Part shown: in pieces, positions 50,807 to 54,392 of the stretch
How the letters are laid out: the number at the start of each line of letters is the position of its first letter
Position numbering within the stretch: the stretch's first letter is position 1
Assembly: GCF_001194135.2 (NCBI RefSeq)
Contig: NC_068983.1
Location: 70,874,624-70,929,015 of the forward strand
Source: Octopus bimaculoides
Taxonomy: Eukaryota
Length of the DNA stretch: 54,392 bases
Direction of reading: 5' to 3'
The notes under the pieces: generated by a model
What the model was told of the DNA's origin: nothing
What the model saw: only the letters and a program-made list of their open reading frames with translations
The model's database searches: none
Position numbers and translations under genes: made by a program

Positions 50807-52660
50807 GAATACTGAGAGGTGCTTTGTGATAAGATTAATACAAAATAAGTGGTATAATAAAGTGAAAGAAAAAGAGAGGAAGATGGAATGTAAAAGGAAA
50901 AGAAAAGAGAGTGGGTTATAAGGAAAACGTAGGAGATACAATAAAAATATAAAAAAAGGTGTTGTACTCAGATTATGGGTGGTAAAAGTGAAACAGTAAA
51001 CAGAAATAATCAATTATGACTGCAAAGCAACTGCGTGGAAAATAGAAGTGATAGTTGTTTCATATTCGTTAAAGCAGTTTTAAGTATGCAAAATGAAAAT
51101 ATCATCTAAATATCACGAAGGTCAAACTGCTCTATAAGATAAACCAGGCGGTAAGGTCACTGATCTGTTAATAACGTTTTTGTTTGTTTTCAAGAAATCG
51201 TTATTTCTGTCTTTGCTTTCCTTTTTGATAAAACAAGTTACATGATATCCAAGCGAAGTTATGTCGCCTTTGAACGACTGCTAAATATGCAAATAGGCCA
51301 ATCCACTGAAAAGCATAGTGGGTGAGTAATAAATATAATGTGCTTCTTGTAGCTGTTGTTGTTTAGCTCTAGGTTATTCCTAATAGAGTAGACTTGTATT
51401 CGAAGATGGCTATTCCAGACATAACCATACCGTTTACATTTTACTAGATACATGGATCACTAAAAAAATTATGTAATGTGTGTTTTAATATGATTTCTCT
51501 ATTTTCTATGTATAGAAGGATGGGTAAAGTGGCAGCGGTTTCTTCAATGGCTTGTATAAATATTAAGTCTATATTTAAATTTCTGTTAAGTGTAACGACT
51601 GAACATAGGATGTCTAGGTAAGACATTATGACTTGTTAGTAAAATGCAATTGTCTTCATGTGTTTTATAAAAATAGCAAATAAGCATAGTAAGTAAACGT
51701 TGATCACAAATCAGCCACAATTTACAACTATCTAATTACATATGAGTAACATATGTAATAAAGTATTATGTTGAATTAACTGGTGCGACAATCATCAGAC
51801 ACCAGACAGATTAATAAGCTTACTAAAACTAATTCTGACTGGTCATGAACTACCTGACCGAAGTAAAAATGTATTAGACAGTGTACGGATTTGCCTAGAA
51901 AGAAATTAATTTTGCTATGCTAAATATATAACATTGAATCAAAAGAGAAATGTACTTAGACAAATTAGCTAAATAAGATCCTAATGTTTGAGTGCATAGG
52001 ATTAATATAGCATTGGAGGTGCGAAAACTAAGCAATGCTGTACAAAAGGCTCCGATATATTTTCATCCTTGGATGTTTTAAGTTAAATTTCGGTGGGTTT
52101 TTCTTTGCTTTTATATCTGATATTTGATGAAAGTAGCATATAACAAGATTGCTTTATTCGGCCATCAGTTCCCCGAACGGCTGATCATTCTTCTAAAAAT
52201 GTGTCATTCTGTGCATTATTTTCACAATAGTACAATATAAATTTTTTCTCTGGATTCTTATAACGGTTCAATAGGCTTTTATTGTAGTAAAGTCTAAAAT
52301 ACATTGCCAAGTGTATTGTGTAGTGCGTAATGTTAATTTTATGAATGTATAACATATTTTTGAGGAAAAATTCACCTATATCGTGTTTGTAAAAAGAATA
52401 TCTTAAAATTGATTTTGCACACCAGTAGAGCTTGTACCGTTGATATTCAGCCGCCAAACCGGAAGAAATATTTGATTCAAAATTAATCAAAATGAAAGAA
52501 AACACATGTAAATATTTATGGGTAGAGGTGGTTAGTATTTGAATATATTTCACACTATGGCCTCCCAGACCATCCGAAATTTATTTATGTTTTTACACAA
52601 ACACACACATACACTCATACACATACACACACTCACATACACACACACACNNNNNNNNNN

Positions 52661-52698
<38 letters not shown>

Positions 52699-54139
52699 TC
52701 CAATTTAACTGAGTTTGTTCCGCATATATCTCTTAGCTTGCTCAAAATATGGTATGTTTAATTGGGCTCGGCAACATACATGACATGAAAATAATTTGTT
52801 AAAAAGAAAAAAAATTAAATCGCGAATCTGTTTTATTTTCAAAGTAATTATTGCTTAAGAAATTAGATATTCTAGTTCCAGTATTTTTTAAAATACCATG
52901 CAATCATTCACATCAATCATTCAACTAAGAAAAATAAAACGTGTCAAAAAACACCTTTTCATAGTCGTGGTAGTATATGTTGTGTCGTGAAAGGATGGTA
53001 GTGGTATACGATAAAGTTAGCAGAAGTTTCAAAATACTATATCTTGTGTATTGTTAATAATTGAACTAGTTCCGGCAATCTGGCTTTATTCACGAATCAC
53101 CCCAGCAGAATGACCTTGAACTCCATAAGATATGTATGTCGTATAGAGAACACCGAGGAAATCCTCTTGTATGCACCAGAATTTCATAATCTGATAGTAA
53201 GAGGATTACTATGATATCCGCTAACAAATTCTAATAAGCTCTCGTAGTTGACTGACATAAAATATGGAAATGGTTTTAATAAAGAAGTAAATTTAAATGT
53301 TTCCGTTTTGTTTTTATTTATTTATTTTTCTTTCCTTGTAAGAAAAGAGAAAACAGAAAAAAAGGGAAGGAAATGAAATCTGCTTATAACAATTTGTTTC
53401 AGGATTTCTTTTATCTTGTTTCTTCTAGAATAAAATATTCTGGAAAACATTCCCTGTTTCTGTTCAAATGCAAGTTTAATTTTTTTTCTTTGACATTTTG
53501 CATTAGTGAAAAATTGTTGCTCTAGAGCATAGTAACCTTGATGACAGTTGTAACTAGACAGTTCGGCAGAATGTTTAACAGCCAATAGAATGCTGCAAGG
53601 TGTATAATTTACAGCTACCGCTAGAAAATACTGGGCATACAGAAAGAGTTAAACGAGAGGAATTCTCACAGAGCTATTGAAGTTACTGCAGAGATAGCGA
53701 TCGAGCTTCCATAAAATTAGCGAGAGTTTTTTTTTTTCTGTCCACTAAGCAAGGAAGCTTCTGTGTTGTCCAGTGAGCTGGTAGAAATAGCACGTAAATA
53801 TCTCTTACATGTCACTCTGCTATCTTGATGACATATTGAATGCTAGAGTTATACACACACACTTTTCAAGAAAATATGATGAGATGGTTTAAACCAGAAC
53901 ATTCTAAGTACAATCGTGCTCGGTGAAATCTGACCTAGGTCTATATGACAACGACAATAATATTCCAAAGAAACAAACAATCGAGGGGCCCATTAAAACG
54001 ATACCAACATGATTCACAGTTCCATATACCTCAATATAACTAAAGAGTTTATCACAAACTTAGAAGTGAAATAATAAATTAAATTTTAATGAGCTATGAT
54101 AGAGTATGCATCACTTTCTACTCTAAAGTAATAATAACG

Positions 54140-54177
<38 letters not shown>

Positions 54178-54392
54178 CAATTGCAGCGTGGAAGGTGTTT
54201 ATAAGCCATTTAAAATAACACACAAAATCCGTTAGATTCACTTCAACATTTAAATTTAATTTGTCAAAATATTTTCGTCGCTTTGAGACCGCGACCTGTT
54301 CACTGACAAAATTCTGTGCTGCATCTGAGAAAGTAACAGTTAGCTCATGATATATATGTACATGTGTATGTATGTATGTATGTATGTATGTG

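Overview
Eukaryotic, AT-rich, microsatellite-saturated draft-assembly DNA with 18 N-gaps, most flanked by (TA)n/(CA)n/(GA)n. The SINE repertoire and repeat density suggest a coleoid cephalopod, probably Octopus (inference, no search run). One clear host coding exon (+, about 5291-7319) encodes a long low-complexity region followed by a single transmembrane helix and ends at a perfect AG|GTAAGT donor. Most of the remaining window is probably intronic or intergenic, with only tentative further exons. Mobile-element content: the 3' end of an R4/Dong-like non-LTR element with an (AAT)n tail; immediately after it, a Penelope-type terminal repeat carrying a minimal hammerhead ribozyme (331-376); a decayed Penelope reverse transcriptase (about 28665-29697, -); an internally deleted mariner with both TIRs and TA duplication (49140-49704); a probable hAT end; and many copies of three tRNA-derived SINE families (labelled A, B, C here). 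Most ORFs in the track are microsatellite or gap artefacts. No prokaryote-type system (CRISPR, operon) is present, and I cannot support a claim of a wholly new biological system. The best leads are the ribozyme-bearing composite at 1-463, the unidentified membrane protein, and an inverted SINE pair around a perfect AT palindrome.
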